Shown here piece by piece: positions 11,719 to 22,656 of a DNA stretch of 37,487 bases. The stretch is from positions 1 to 37,487 of the forward strand of contig JYFJ02003796.1 of the NCBI GenBank assembly GCA_000934665.2, written 5' to 3'. A program made the position numbers and the translations under genes. The first letter of the stretch is position 1. The number at the start of each line of letters is the position of its first letter. This stretch comes from Catajapyx aquilonaris (Eukaryota). The notes beneath the pieces were generated by a model. It did no database searches. It saw only the letters and a list, made by a program, of their open reading frames with translations, and was not told the DNA's origin.

Positions 11719-13505
11719 CACATGTGTCTCGGAAGCGGAACATGAAAGCCAAGTGCTCTGGCGGAGGGAATCAGCCGAGGTATGAACTGGGGTGGTCATG
11801 CTCATGGGCAGGTGTTGTAATTACCACCCAGTTGTTAACGACTGCGCATGCGGACATGTGACTGACTGAAAATTAAGACACAGGTTGCAGTCATTCTGGT
11901 AATTACATTTTCGCAAGCTGTCAACTACTTACACCTCAGAAATTTTGTCCAGTCCCTATTCGGATTGATCATGCCTCGTTTGCAGGACAGCGTCTGGATC
12001 TGCGGCAGAACCCGGGCGCTCACTTGGAGGCTACCGGGTCTGATGCTGATCCCCCAGTAGCTGTGCTCTCGTTGTACATGGTCGTCATTGTTACCAGAGC
12101 TGCACAGCTCCTCGATCTGGAACAACTGCTGCGCTGGCCCCATGTGGGTGTGGTGCGAGAGGGACTTCATCAGTCGGAAGGCGGATCTCATCCCGGTGGT
12201 CAGTCCGGTCAGATAGGAAAGTTCAGGCAAGAGGTAAACGGTCTCTTTGACACTATCCACAGCTTTCTTGCCCCTCTTCTTCGTGACGACCAGGAGCAGT
12301 TGCAGCGAACACTTCAGATCGATGTTGTACATCTGAAAAATGCCAATTTGTTAGTCGGTGATGCGCATAATGCCCCCAATGCACTTACATGTTTGTAGTA
12401 GTCAATAAAGGTGGTTTGCACACCCTTGTAATCAATCTTTGAGGATGGAGTCACCTTCCTGTCGACTCCTGTCACCAAGTACGCCCTGCGGTTGCAGTGC
12501 GTCATAACGACAGTCCCTTTAAAGAACTGCTCGCAGTTCTTGTGATAGTGCACTGGATCCTTAGCTCGTGCGCTGCTCATGACGTCCACAACAGTTGAAG
12601 TGCGTAGAACTTTGTGTGTCATATCCACTCGCAAGAGCAATCCGGCGTCGCGTTGATGGACTGACGTAATGTATCCGGGCCACAGCTCCAACTGCTCTCT
12701 TTCCGTCGCGATTTTTTTATTTCTGTCGTAAAAGTAGCGGCCCAGCTGATCATAATCTTTGTGCATCATACACCTGCGCAGCAATATCCCAACTATCTGC
12801 ACGGATAATCGGCATTGGATCAAGTACTTTGACGATCTGGACTTCAACTGTCATGAGTCTGCTCTCCGAATTGCACTTTGAGTAGATGGTGATGGGCTAT
12901 GGAAAAAAATTACGATGAGTATAACTATGCGGTTTACAGCTTCTCTTTTACTGACCTCTTTCACCCACTTTGCAGCGTAAAGCACAGAGCCGTCGAAAAT
13001 GTACTTTCCGAGCTTCTCCTCCATGACTTGCTTCATCGAGCGGAGAAGCCCTTTGTGGAATATCGGTTCCTCTTCTTCCGGCGTGACGGTGACTTGGTGT
13101 AGATAGATCCTAAAAGCTTCCTTTTGCTCAATCTCGAAGTAGCTCAACAGAACTTTTACTGTTCCTCCATAGCATCCCTGGCCAGGTGTGGGGAGCTGGG
13201 GAAGAAGCGGGAGTCCTTCAGCTGGCCAGATCTGTCCATCCTCCTTCTCACTGGTGTTGGACCAGTCGAAATCCCTTTCCTTTCGAGGCTTCAGCCTCAT
13301 CGAAGTGCCCTTGTTGGAGTCCACAGATGGTTAGCGCGGGGCTGGGCTTTTCTATCCGGAATAACTGATTCAGCGTTGATTCCTCCGACGGCACCTTCCT
13401 CCTCCGTCGAGCAGGCTGCTTGCTTGAACTGCAGCCTCAGAGCCTCCACTTGCAACGCTAATGTGTCGTCTGAGGCCTGCAGAAATCCAAGATGTTCTGA
13501 TTTAA

Positions 13506-13604
13506 GGGAGGCATGGTGGTCTAGCGGTTACACCGCTGGCCAGCCAAGCGGGAGGCCGGGGTTCAAATCCCGTCTCCGTCACCTCTGCTTGGCCGAGTCT
13601 TTTT
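13506..13604 (+). mobile_element. Truncated tRNA-derived SINE (5' head only)
   Basis: A-box TGGTCTAGCGG and B-box GGTTCAAATCC; near-identical to the first ~100 nt of 17141-17467. Confidence 0.85.
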
Positions 13605-14950
13605 GATAGATCTGCTACACATCAGGAACCGGCTGGCCCCACCTGGCGTCGGACAATGGGTGATCAGGATGAGGTACCGTAGTGCAAATGGCGGGTTCCA
13701 GCCCACACTGGCACCAGCTTCCGGATGTTGCGGCCTCTGCGGCTGTGGACCTCTTCCTCGAGGCCTGTTCACACCTCCCACACCTCCTTCGTCAAGCAGC
13801 CGGTTGTGTACAAGTTGTACTAATTATAATAAAGGTCCTGCAGTACCCCAAGGGGGTCCAAGCACTACCGGATTTTACTGGGCTTGATAGATCTGCTACC
13901 CATCATCAGGAACCGGCTGGCCCCATGACGTCAGACAATGGGTGATCAGGATGAGGTAGTGCAAATGGCGGGTTCCAGCCCACACTGGCTGGCTGGCCGT
14001 TTTCTCCAGTCACACCCACACCAGCTTCCGGATGTTGAGACCTCCGTGGCTGTTGACCTCTTCCTCGAGGCCTGTTCACACCTCCAAGGGCCTGGGTACT
14101 TCGTCAAAGCATCCAGTTGTGTACAAGTTGTACTAATTATAATAACGGTCCTGCAATACCCCAGGCGGGTCCAAGCACTACCGGATTTTACTGGGCTTGA
14201 TAGATCTGCTACCCATCATCAGGAACCGGCTGGCCCCATGACGTCAGACAATGGGTGATCAGGATGAGGTAGTGCAAATGGCGGGTTCCAGCCCACACTG
14301 GCACCAGCTTCCGGATGTTGCGGCCTCTGCGGCTGTGGACCTCGAGGCCTGTTCACACCTCCCACACCTCCTTCGTCAAGCAGCCGGTTGTGTACAAGTT
14401 GTACTAATTATAATAAAGGTCCTGCAGTACCCCAAGCGGGTCCAAGCACTACCGGATTTTACTGGGCTTGATAGATCTGCTACCCATCATCAGGAACCGG
14501 CTGGCCCCATGATGTCAGACAATGGGTGATCAGGATGAGGTAGTGCAAATGGCGGGTTTCAGTCCACACTGGCTGGCTGTCCGTTTTCTCCAGTCACACC
14601 CACACCAGCTTCCGGATGTTGAGGCCTCCGTGGCTGTTGACCTCTTCCTCGAGGCCTGTTCACACCTCCAAGGGCCTGGGCACTTCGTCAAAGCATCCAG
14701 TTGTGTACAAGTTGTACTAATTATAATAAAGGTCCTGCAATACCCCAAGCGGGTCCAAACACCCATCAGGAACCGGCTGGCCCCACCCGGCGTCAGACAA
14801 TGGGGGGTGATCAGGATGAGGTAGCGCAAATGGCCGGTTCCAGCCCACAGTGGCTGGCTGGCCGTTTTCTCCAGTCACACCCACACCAGCTTCTGGATGT
14901 TGAGGCTTCTGTGGCTGTGAACCTCTTCCTCGAGGCCTGTTCACACCTCT
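13605..14950. repeat. Tandem array of ~270-313-bp units (4 full + 1 partial) derived from the first coding exon of the Piwi gene
   Basis: Units start at GATAGATCTGCTAC at 13605, 13886, 14199 and 14470, with a partial unit from ~14760. The minus strand encodes GVNRPRGRG...QHPEAG. Confidence 0.95.
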
Positions 14951-15106
14951 GAGGGCCACGTTACGAATTAGGCCCCTTCGTCCTTACATGTCTAAAACAA
15001 ATGGCAACTGCAGAAATGCAATCAAAATAATTAAGTCACATCAACTGCCTACAACTATCAATGCTGCTCCATTTGATTTAAAATACACTTGAGCAGAGAG
15101 TTAATT

Positions 15107-15196
15107 AATCATCATCATCCTTCATAGCATATTCCCAAAAAGATTTGGGAGTTGCCAGCGGATAAGAAGGAGGAGGTCCTCTCTATACCCTCGTTA
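15107..15196 (-). mobile_element. Short 5'-truncated retroposon insertion
   Basis: 10-bp direct repeat AGAGTTAATT at 15097-15106 and 15197-15206 flanks a 90-bp segment that has an (ATC)n microsatellite at one end. Confidence 0.5.
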
Positions 15197-15357
15197 AGAG
15201 TTAATTNTGTTTCTATTAGTTCATATTAGTTCCCAAAACACAAAAATCTAGATAAAACAGCTTTCTGAATGCTTGTTTGCGAGGAAATGACCATTCCCTA
15301 TAATTATGGGATGCCAGAAAAATGTAACTTAGGATGCCTATAACAGTTGTTGATTAC

Positions 15358-15627
15358 ATTACCATGGCCACAGTGACATTCAGCAACATCCATAGTTTCA
15401 TAATATCACCAATGATTGATTGTTGTCGATTACATTACCATGGAAACAGGCTGTGCAAAGAAGGGGGTTGTAATTGAGTAACAATCAACAACAACTAAGG
15501 ATTGTTGCAACGGTTGCCATGTTAACCAATTCCCATGTCATCTCGTTTTGATATTGTATGGATTCATTAAAATACAGTTCAACAAAGCATACAAAATCCA
15601 CACACATACTTTACGTGTCTAAATGTG
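15358..15627 (+). repeat. Direct repeat copy 2 (~270 bp), upstream flank of the Piwi pseudogene
   Basis: Matches 8807-9073 in the same orientation. Confidence 0.93.
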
Positions 15628-16162
15628 TGTGCATTTGCCTCTTGCGTTCCCCAGAGGGGACACCAGATTTCAACACTACTCTCAAAAAAAAAAAAAAAAA
15701 AAAACTTTCAGACAAGGAAAGTAAAAAAATATGCCTATATTTCCACATCGACATCATCATTCATAAGTTTGTATTACAAACCAAAAATAACTCATAATCC
15801 TAATCAACATTCGAGAATTAATTACTAATGGTCTTCGGAACGTGGAGGTGAAGCCATTATTTCCTGTGTTAAAATTCAAACACCTCTATCTTAAAAATCT
15901 GAAGCAATATTGAGCAGGTTTGAACTTGTATCGTTAGCTGGGACTCTACTGAAGCACACTTGACTACTGCCAGCTCTTTAGCAGCAGAAGAACCTGCGCA
16001 AAAAAATTAAAATGTAACAACTGTGCAGGTGTCCCCTATTGGGGACACTCGGCATATCTGGGTTAAGAATGCCAAAAACTGGGCAATTCAATCAGAAGAG
16101 CCAGACCTGAATGTTTTCGAATGAATTTCATGCAAAAGCATACAACAAATGTACAGTACATA

Positions 16163-16276
16163 CTGCAATGTAGAAATTAATTGGTTTAAAATCTATCAGA
16201 TCTATCTAACAATCCATTAGAAATTAATCGGTTTAAAATCTATCCGATTTTTAAATGATTAATTTCTACATTGCGG
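16163..16276. repeat. Small foldback element with an internal direct duplication
   Basis: GCAATGTAGAAATTAAT ... ATTAATTTCTACATTGC; TAGAAATTAAT(T/C)GGTTTAAAATCTATC occurs twice. Confidence 0.7.
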
Positions 16277-16749
16277 TGTTATCTGAAAGCTGACATTGTA
16301 CATTTTCATTCATTTGTGAAGAAAAGTTAGTGAATTTTCACATACATTCAAGTTGGAAACAATTTTTCTAATGTGGTGGAAATTATTTCTCTGCTGAGGC
16401 TTCACATAAATCTTCATAATATATTCAACAGGTAAATGAAGTGATTTTTCATGCAGTGAATTCCACCACTCAATTGTGTGAATGTAATTTAAGCCTTACT
16501 TTAACTGCAATGACTGATTCAGCATTAAAATGAGCACTTTTTTTTAAACATCTTTGTTTGTCGTATAAATAACAAATACTAGCCTTCAAAATTTTTTATC
16601 TGATGACAATAACAATTGGTATTACTGAACGGTAATTACTTTCTCACTACACAGCAACTTTTCCTATTTAAAAAAATCAACAAATTTTTTGAACAATGTT
16701 ATGGCCATTTATTTCCAATACTTCACTTTTTCCAGCTTTCCTTTTTTAA

Positions 16750-17037
16750 CCCTGGAACCGTGCTGTGCCTACGAGTATTACGGCAACCGTGCCGTGGGGT
16801 CTTTTTGGACCCCACCATATTTTAATTTTTATTAATTATTATAATTATAATACTTTTCAATGTATTGACTATATACAATCATTCTTTGAACAATCCCTAA
16901 AAGGATCGCTAATTCAAAATAAACCTGCACTTCCTGTTATATACTGTAAAAAAATGGCGAAAGTTCATTGTAATTATCATTTTAATGCATTTTTTCCTTG
17001 GGGTCCAAAAAGACCCCAGCACGGCACGGTTCCATGG
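16750..17037. mobile_element. piggyBac-type MITE
   Basis: TTAA|CCCTGGAACCGTGC ... GCACGGTTCCATGG|TTAA, with subterminal inverted GGGGTCTTTTTGGACCCCA. Confidence 0.9.
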
Positions 17038-17140
17038 TTAACTGGCATTACAAAGACATTGTACGTACAAGCTTCCAGTACCGCTACCGCTATAATTCAT
17101 CCAAGATGTGTAACATACCTGTAGAATCTACAGATAACAC

Positions 17141-17467
17141 GGGGAGGCATGGTGGTCTGGTGGTTACGCCACTGGCCAGCCAAGCGGGAGGCCGGGGTTC
17201 AAATCCCGTCCCCGTCACCTCTGCTTGGCCGGGTCTTTTTCTGCTTTTCACCCGACATGCCGGAGCAGAATTGCACTCCCTTCTCTGCTCGGGGCCATGA
17301 GAAAAGGTCTGGTGTTTAAGAGGGTCGGCAATGACTAGAAACTACATGAGAGCGCCCTCCCTTGAGAAGCTCCCCTTCCCCATACACACCCGTGGACCAG
17401 GCCGTTGCGACGAAAACTGTATGTGAAAGAGGTCCGCACTACCCATTATTATTATTATTATTATTAT
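17141..17467 (+). mobile_element. Full-length tRNA-derived SINE with (ATT)n tail
   Basis: Pol III A/B boxes, an (ATT)8 tail and a perfect 12-bp TSD TACAGATAACAC at 17129-17140 and 17468-17479. Confidence 0.95.
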
Positions 17468-17600
17468 TACAGATAACACTAAATCCTGTTTTACAGACAT
17501 CAAAGCAGATATAACCAGGTTGTCATTGAAATTTAAAATGAAGCAAATGGGGGGAATTGTAAAAAATTATTTGTTGGGCAACTTGAAACAACCAATGGCA

Positions 17601-17603
17601 AAT

Positions 17604-17632
<29 letters not shown>
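17601..17632. repeat. (TAAA)n microsatellite
   Basis: Directly visible run of about 7 units. Confidence 0.85.
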
Positions 17633-17636
<4 letters not shown>

Positions 17637-19076
17637 ATAATTAACTATTCATTTCCTTAAATATGACAGAGGACAGTATTTTTGGTGGGCAAAATCAATC
17701 TGATGTGGATAATTTTGCAGAGTTTAATGTATGTTAAACTCATATAGTTCCTGAGCCTACAATTACAGCCTTTGATTCAAAGATATTTGAGATGTATGAC
17801 ATAAAAGATGGCCAAGTCCACTTGAAAAAACTGGTAGTAAAATGATCAAAAACTGCTGATTACTTAAACTTCCACTGCTTTTTACATCCTTATGTTTCTG
17901 CAGTTCAGCTAAATATGCAAACATGCAATGAAATACCCAATGACATTAAAATACGTAATAATTGCTGCACATATTTGTGTTCCGCCACCCCCATTTTGAT
18001 CTCAGACCCCTCATTTTCTCCTAATATTTACTTCCCATATATGTCTAAACACCCTTTCCGTAAATATGTAAGTGTGTGCAAAATTAATACAAAGTTTGGC
18101 ATGTCATGTCGTGTACGCATCACACATGGAATTCGCCTGTGCTTTTTTTCCCTATTGGACGTAAAACACTTTCCCATTTTGCATCCTTGCTTGTTTCTGA
18201 CTATTAATATTATCAGATATTATACTGTATTATAAGAGGTGAGGGGGGAGTGTCTTTCCAAATAATGTGCGACATTGATGGAAATAAAATTATATAATAT
18301 CTTCTATAATAATAATATTATTATTAACTGTTAATATATTGTTGTCCTTGCTCGTTAAGTTCTCCGGAACCAAGAGCTTGCCGGAAAATTATGCGCATCG
18401 AATGGCGCTCAAGTACTACTTGCTGGAATGAACTGTTGGGTTCAGTGCGGAACATCTCAATACCGCTAACTTGATAAGAACACTGGAAGGACTTGGAACA
18501 ATAATAACCGACAAAGCATGGCCAAAATGAGCCTTGTTCTAGAACACTTCCCTACACACCCGTCCTGTACTGGTTCTTATTCCTATTGTACAACTATTCG
18601 TGCTGTATGATATTAGGAGCATCCATTGCCCATGTACTGACAATGGATCAGAGGCAAGTAACAGAAGGATTGGAGAAGATTCTCACCTGGCTGCGAGCTC
18701 GATGCTGCAGCTAGCTGCTCCCAGGGGGGAGCCGTCCCGACAGATTTGCTCTTGTCACGTGACCGTGGCTTTTGGCGTGACGTCATGGAGCAGAGGGTTG
18801 GAAATAAGGGGCCAGTTCGGTTATGTTCGGTTCGAACTCCCAGGGTTGGCACTACGTCCAAGCTGTGTGTAACACACAGATCTACTGAAATTAATTTAAT
18901 AATACTATGAAATGTTGGCAAATTAAATTAATTAAGAGCTAATCCGGTGCGGCAATTGGTTGGATGCGGTTGGATGTCAACCAGGCGGCCAATCAGAGAC
19001 TAGTAATATTGTGACGTCACAAGCAGGGTGACAAGCCTTAAGATATGGCACTCCGCCACTCCGTGGATATGGTCTA

Positions 19077-19438
19077 AAGGGCCGTTTACACTAGGAAACT
19101 TGTCAAATAACTAGTTGCGCAACTAGTTTAGTCCAACCTGAAAATACATGGGACAGATAGGAAGTTGCGCCCTGACCTGAAAAAGCTCCAACTTGTCATC
19201 CAACCAACTTTTTGGTTGTGGGTGGAGCCATAAGTTGTGGGTGGAGCCATAAAGTTTAGCTCTAGGGAGCATACTAGTTGTTCAACCTGGGAGGGGGAAT
19301 AGGGAATCCGACGGAATCCATCTTGAATGTTCAATGTTGGGTTGGTGGGAGGGGCGAGAAGCTGGTCACGTGGGGGGTTTTATTGCAACTAGTTGTACAA
19401 CTAGTTATTTGACAAGTTTCCTAGTGTAAACGGCCCTT
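19077..19438. mobile_element. Harbinger-like MITE with perfect 41-bp TIRs
   Basis: AAGGGCCGTTTACACTAGGAAACTTGTCAAATAACTAGTTG ... CAACTAGTTATTTGACAAGTTTCCTAGTGTAAACGGCCCTT, in a TAA/TAT context. Confidence 0.88.
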
Positions 19439-20234
19439 ATGGTGCAAGCCTTGGTGCAAGCAGGCAACTTTATTTCCAACCCATTTCGACCGTTATAATT
19501 AGAACATATTATTCAAACGGACCAATCAATACAATTATTCAAAACCCGGTTATTATTTAAATGTGTTATTAATAATATGTAAAAAGGTTGCATTTAATTA
19601 ACTCGTTCAAATTACTTTTTAGCACCGCTCAATCCCCAATCCCAATACCACATGAAGTCCTGAAAGTAAGCTCAGATCTGCGCATTGGTCAATATCAAAT
19701 ATCATGTACTCTTTTTTTTACGTTTTACATCTTACATATTACATTTTTATGACTTGCGGATAGTTTGGAGAAAAGCTGGATGGCTTAGCCTGCCTCTGTT
19801 ACTAGAGTCAATCTCTTGGAAGGCAATGCTGATCAAACATGGTGGAAGGTTTGGGAGTACTTGTGAAGCAGCTTCAATCATGCTGGATGATGTGATGTAA
19901 CCTTTACCTGATTAATAGATTGAAATATGAGTTAGTTAGCAATATAATGTTATGATTCATTTTAGAACAAGATACATACTTTGAAGGTCAATGGAAGACA
20001 GCACTGAACTCAAATCATCTTCTGAGTCAACAAAGAGCAGCTTCTGATGTGCAATGGAATGGAACTGGTGAAAAGTCAGACAACCACTGGTCTTTTGAAC
20101 GAGTTCGTCAACATCCCACTGAAAGAAGGCACATGATTCTCTAACATTACTGCTGAGTAGCTATCTATTATGTTTATGTAATAACTACAGTAATATGTAA
20201 TACTATGTTCCAGGAAAGATTGCACATGATAGAA

Positions 20235-20745
20235 CTGTACTATCGGATTCAAATACTTTTGGCCACTTTATCCTGGTCTTGAAGCAACCCTTCGCACACA
20301 CCCCACGTTAAGGAGGTGTGTGGGTGGGTGTGTTGGTGTTCATGTCTTCAATAAGGTGTGGGGACGGAGGTCTGGGTTTCTACTGAAGCTGTGGGGACTA
20401 GTCCGCATTGTGGGGACATTTCTCGGTCCCCACAGTGTTTCACACACACTGTGTACTATTAGAGTGGGGACATGTGTAAATTAGTGGGGACATGTCCCCA
20501 CTATTTTCAGTTGTAGGGTTTCACAAAAGTCAATTTTTCTCAGTCTAGGTTAGTTAGTTAGTGTAGGTTAGGGTAGGGTAGGTGTGGTTAGGTTAGGTTA
20601 GGTTAGGTTACACTCGCTTCGAAAAGTTGAATTTTCACGTCCCCACGCCTTAGTGAAGACAAGGCTGTGTGTGTGGGTGTGTGTGTGAAGGGTTGCTTCA
20701 AGACCAGGATAAAGTGGCGAAAAATATTTGAACCTGATAGTACAG
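20235..20745. mobile_element. MITE with ~65-bp TIRs carrying internal (TTAGG)n and GTGGGGAC repeats
   Basis: CTGTACTATCGGATTCAAATA...GCCACTTTATCCTGGTCTTGAAGCAACCCTTC is inverted at ~20680-20745; TTAGG run at ~20546-20610. Confidence 0.88.
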
Positions 20746-22633
20746 TACCAGTTTAATGAAACACCAAAAGATAATTTGTTTAGTTCTATCAACATTACAT
20801 GATTAACGTTGTAGAAAAAATACGAACCTTATTGGGTTTGAAGCCTGCTACCATCATAATTGCCTTCTTAAACTCCAGCTGAGTCAGGTGACCTTTACTG
20901 CCAGTGTCGTTACTCACAAACGCCTGTAAACAACACATGATAATTATGAGGTTAAAGCGGAAGCAGAGGTAGGCCCTGTATGCATATGAAGACTACCAGT
21001 TACCACTGACTTGAAGTTTGCTTAACAGCTTGTGATGCAATGATGAAAGTTTAAATGGTGCAGTTATTACTTTGTTTCAAGTGTTGGTGCAGAGTTTTAT
21101 CAAGCAAAATTGGTGGAATAGGACATACACACTACAAGCAATAATGCACCTCATCATAATAATAGCCCAATATTTTGTTTCCTGACACAATCCTCCATGA
21201 TTTGTACAAATTGACCATGAGTTCTTTCAAGGCAGTAGTTAGGAGGTTACAATAATGTAATATATTTTGCTATAGTATTTAGGATGGCAGGTAAATAAAG
21301 TTAAGATTACATTAAATCTTAATGCTGTTCACACTTAAATGGATACAATAATTTTTGGTGGTCAACTACTTTAGTCAAGCTGAATTCACATAATATTATA
21401 CGAGTATGTATAGGTTCTGGAATAAGAATACCCCAGTGGCCAGTTCTCCCATGTCGCCCATAGGGGTTAACTGAAATTAAAAACTAACTAAAGAATAGCC
21501 TGATTGCAAAATTACCAGGTCAGTTTTATAAATAAGAGGAGAGAGAACAATTCATAAAATTATGCACCCCAAACTAACTATACAGCATGAATGACAAGGA
21601 ATGCTAGTTACTTCGCAAAATATTACGTTGTTTACGGGCAGCTGTATTATGAGTAATCATATTACTCTTTGTACGAGAATCATGCAAACTCTGGATATAC
21701 ATAATTATCATCTGGACAATTTGGTCCAGCATTGTTGGGCAATGACTTGAACTTTGTCACCCACTTTGTCACCTGGCGCACTGCTGTTTCCCACTATGCT
21801 ATACAACATCGATTTGTTGTGAAGAATGTGAATGGCTTTGCTCTAGGAAACTTGCATCTGATTCTGAAACCACAGTATTGTCGAATCACTTCTGGTCTTT
21901 TAATTTATTAGGCAAATTGTATTTTGCATTATTGAAAAATGCAATTTGACCTTCTCTGTTTGGAAAGTCTCATCGTGTTGCAGTAATGCTACATATTATA
22001 CATGACGTCATACACCATATGATATACACTGTGAATTGCTACAATTTTTATGCATTACTGCATTAATTTCCCAACTAGGAACTTACCTACTTTACCCCTG
22101 GGGTAACTTGTTCACTTTTAACACTTCACATACCTTACCATGGCGGTTGCAGCATGGGTATGTTACCTTTGTTGCCCATGTTCGGGCCCTGAATACAGAT
22201 ATGTAGTTCCTCGACAAAGAGGCAATGTCCTGCATCATTAATCGAACACGACCGAAAACCGTGATACCCAACTGCCCAAGTCTTTCAGCATGAGTATGTC
22301 CCCGGCTACCGTTAGCATGCATGCTTCTAAACACAATTACGTGCAGGAGTGCCTGGGGTTGGATCCAGTTTTCACGTCTTTCGGCAACGTTCGAATTTTG
22401 TTCGAAAGCGGATTATACACACCACAAAAGAAAGATCCTTCATCTGCAATGCAATGTCACACACACCTACATATCCACACCATAATTCTGACCTTACCTT
22501 TTGTATGAGCCGGTCGGTCAAATGATGTTCGAATCCGTGCGCCATCTTGTTAGTCCAGGCCCCTTCCACTAGATGCCGACCGGGCCCTCCTCACCTTTCC
22601 GCGCGGCTGGCCTGTTATCAGGAGCATACCTGA

Positions 22634-22656
22634 GTAACGTCACGAGTCACGTGACC
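22634..22656. promoter_or_regulatory. Candidate proximal promoter motifs of bark (CRE-like plus E-box)
   Basis: TAACGTCACGAGTCACGTGAC in a CpG-richer patch ~230 nt upstream of the ATG. Confidence 0.3.

Larger units (their letters stand above)
10274..14989 (-). pseudogene. piwi: Piwi-clade Argonaute (Piwi/Aubergine-like) unprocessed pseudogene: RG-rich N-terminus, N, L1, PAZ, L2, MID and PIWI domains
   Basis: Motifs YIFDGSVLY, LELWPGYITSV, DMTHKVLRT, TFIDYYK, VYLLPELSYLTGL, INCKLGGEPW, VGIDV, QGTVTP, LTHMYFNW and RVPSPCQYA, plus C-terminal KLYFL* (reached via a frameshift). GT-AG introns at 12955-12897, 12388-12333, 11932-11866 and 11721-11334; acceptor at 13477. Lesions: ATG-TAA at 14989-14984 and frame changes near 13330, 12810, 11793, 11225, 11165 and 10341. 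Confidence 0.93.

Noticed and set aside
10225..13324. Prokaryotic Argonaute operon, or several separate genes
   Set aside because: The pieces are joined by spliceosomal introns and frameshifts into one eukaryotic Piwi-clade gene.
13605..14950. CRISPR-like repeat-spacer array
   Set aside because: Units are ~290 bp and repeat in full with no unique spacers; eukaryotic context and no cas genes.
13682..14952. Chain of similar plus-strand ORFs (MGDQDEVVQMAGSSPHW...) that looks like a tandem small-gene array
   Set aside because: They are antisense by-products of the tandem repeat; the minus strand matches the Piwi RG-rich N-terminus and the ORFs have no recognisable domain.
10274..14989. Programmed frameshifting, readthrough or editing rescuing the Piwi gene
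   Set aside because: About seven unrelated lesions with no shared slippery motif; ordinary decay is more parsimonious.
8807..15627. LTR retrotransposon carrying Piwi
   Set aside because: The direct repeats lack TG..CA ends, PBS/PPT and a TSD; there is no gag/pol and the gene retains introns.
17141..17215. tRNA gene (also at 13506 and 31250-31326)
   Set aside because: The tRNA-like heads are followed by a SINE body, tail and TSD (or match the copy that has them), and no clean cloverleaf is evident.
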